Source of the DNA: Antedon mediterranea
Lineage: Eukaryota; Animalia; Echinodermata
DNA length: 64,000 nucleotides
Assembly: GCF_964355755.1 (NCBI RefSeq)
Contig: NC_092670.1
Span: 23,236,795-23,300,794, forward strand
Direction of reading: 5' to 3'
Under the pieces are notes generated by a model. The model was not told where the DNA came from. It saw only the letters and a list, made by a program, of their open reading frames with translations, and searched no databases. The first letter of the stretch is position 1; each line of letters opens with the position of its first letter. Made by a program: the position numbers and the translations under genes. This document shows positions 63,326 to 64,000 of the stretch, piece after piece.

Positions 63326-63620
63326 TAAGTAGTATTGTCCCCCAAAAACATGAAAAATTCAAGTTAATCACGTCTGTCGAAAAAAAAAGGAAGAAAAACT
63401 AACGGTTTCACTTATAAAATAACATAATAAATGGTTAAATTCAACCAAAATTTCATTGGCTGGAAGCCAATTTGACCATTTTTTTGCTTTAAATTACAGT
63501 TTTTTCACGTAAATAAATTTTGTTTAGAGTCAATTTTTGGTCAAAGTGGATAACTAGAATGCGACATTAAAATGGCATTCAACAATCAAATTATTTTTCA
63601 GAGCGACATACATCTTTAAA
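63326..63620. mobile_element. TTAA-flanked non-autonomous DNA transposon, inverted copy of the family at 28-435
   Basis: ttaag.agtattgtcccc ... gacatacatctttaa; the body is the reverse complement of ~28-260. Confidence 0.6.
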
Positions 63621-64000
63621 CTAAGGCTGTTTAGGTTTCTGCCTTTTATCCGCTTTAATTAATAAGTTATAAAAAGTTTTCTAAAGTCATTGTTACTGTT
63701 AGAAATGTTATTAGTATTTACAGTCCTCTCCTGGTTTTATAGCATAGGCTAGTAAAAATGCATGTCATCTGCCTTTGTACATTGATAGAAAGTCTATAAA
63801 GACCATGCGATTATTGATTGATTTATGTTATAATTATTACAGCCTTCCCTTCGTTAAAAATGCATAGGTAGCTAAGACTAGGATGTAATTGATGCATCTA
63901 GTGTTATTTAAAAAAACTCTTGACTGACAATGTTTGCTAGGCAACACCGTTATAAATAGCCAACATCGACCAAACAGAATGAGATTTTGAATGGCTGGTT

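Overview
AT-rich, intron-rich invertebrate (metazoan) genomic DNA. An echinoderm-like deuterostome is my guess, not demonstrated. Four protein-coding genes can be reconstructed by hand. (1) The first two exons of a secreted astacin-family metalloprotease on the minus strand, running off the left edge. (2) A complete 9-exon PRPF31 (+, 7940-12852). (3) A complete 18-exon IRE1/ERN1 kinase-RNase (+, 15593-26919). (4) A large GW182/TNRC6 gene (-, stop at 36193) whose chain of small, frame-compatible 5' exons extends to at least 54851 and runs off the right edge. The most interesting signal is in those TNRC6 5' exons: they encode what looks like the second half of a DnaJ (J) domain, joined through a GC-AG intron, plus a microexon resembling vertebrate TNRC6 'EQK.K'. 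Non-coding DNA holds a 2.26-kb foldback element with ~500-bp TIRs and an 8-bp TSD, a decayed CR1-type LINE inside a duplicated promoter, a tRNA-derived SINE, several MITE families (one swollen by a 1-kb GGGTTA-rich minisatellite) and other minisatellites. No rRNA, true tRNA or CRISPR was seen. All gene models are manual readings without RNA evidence.
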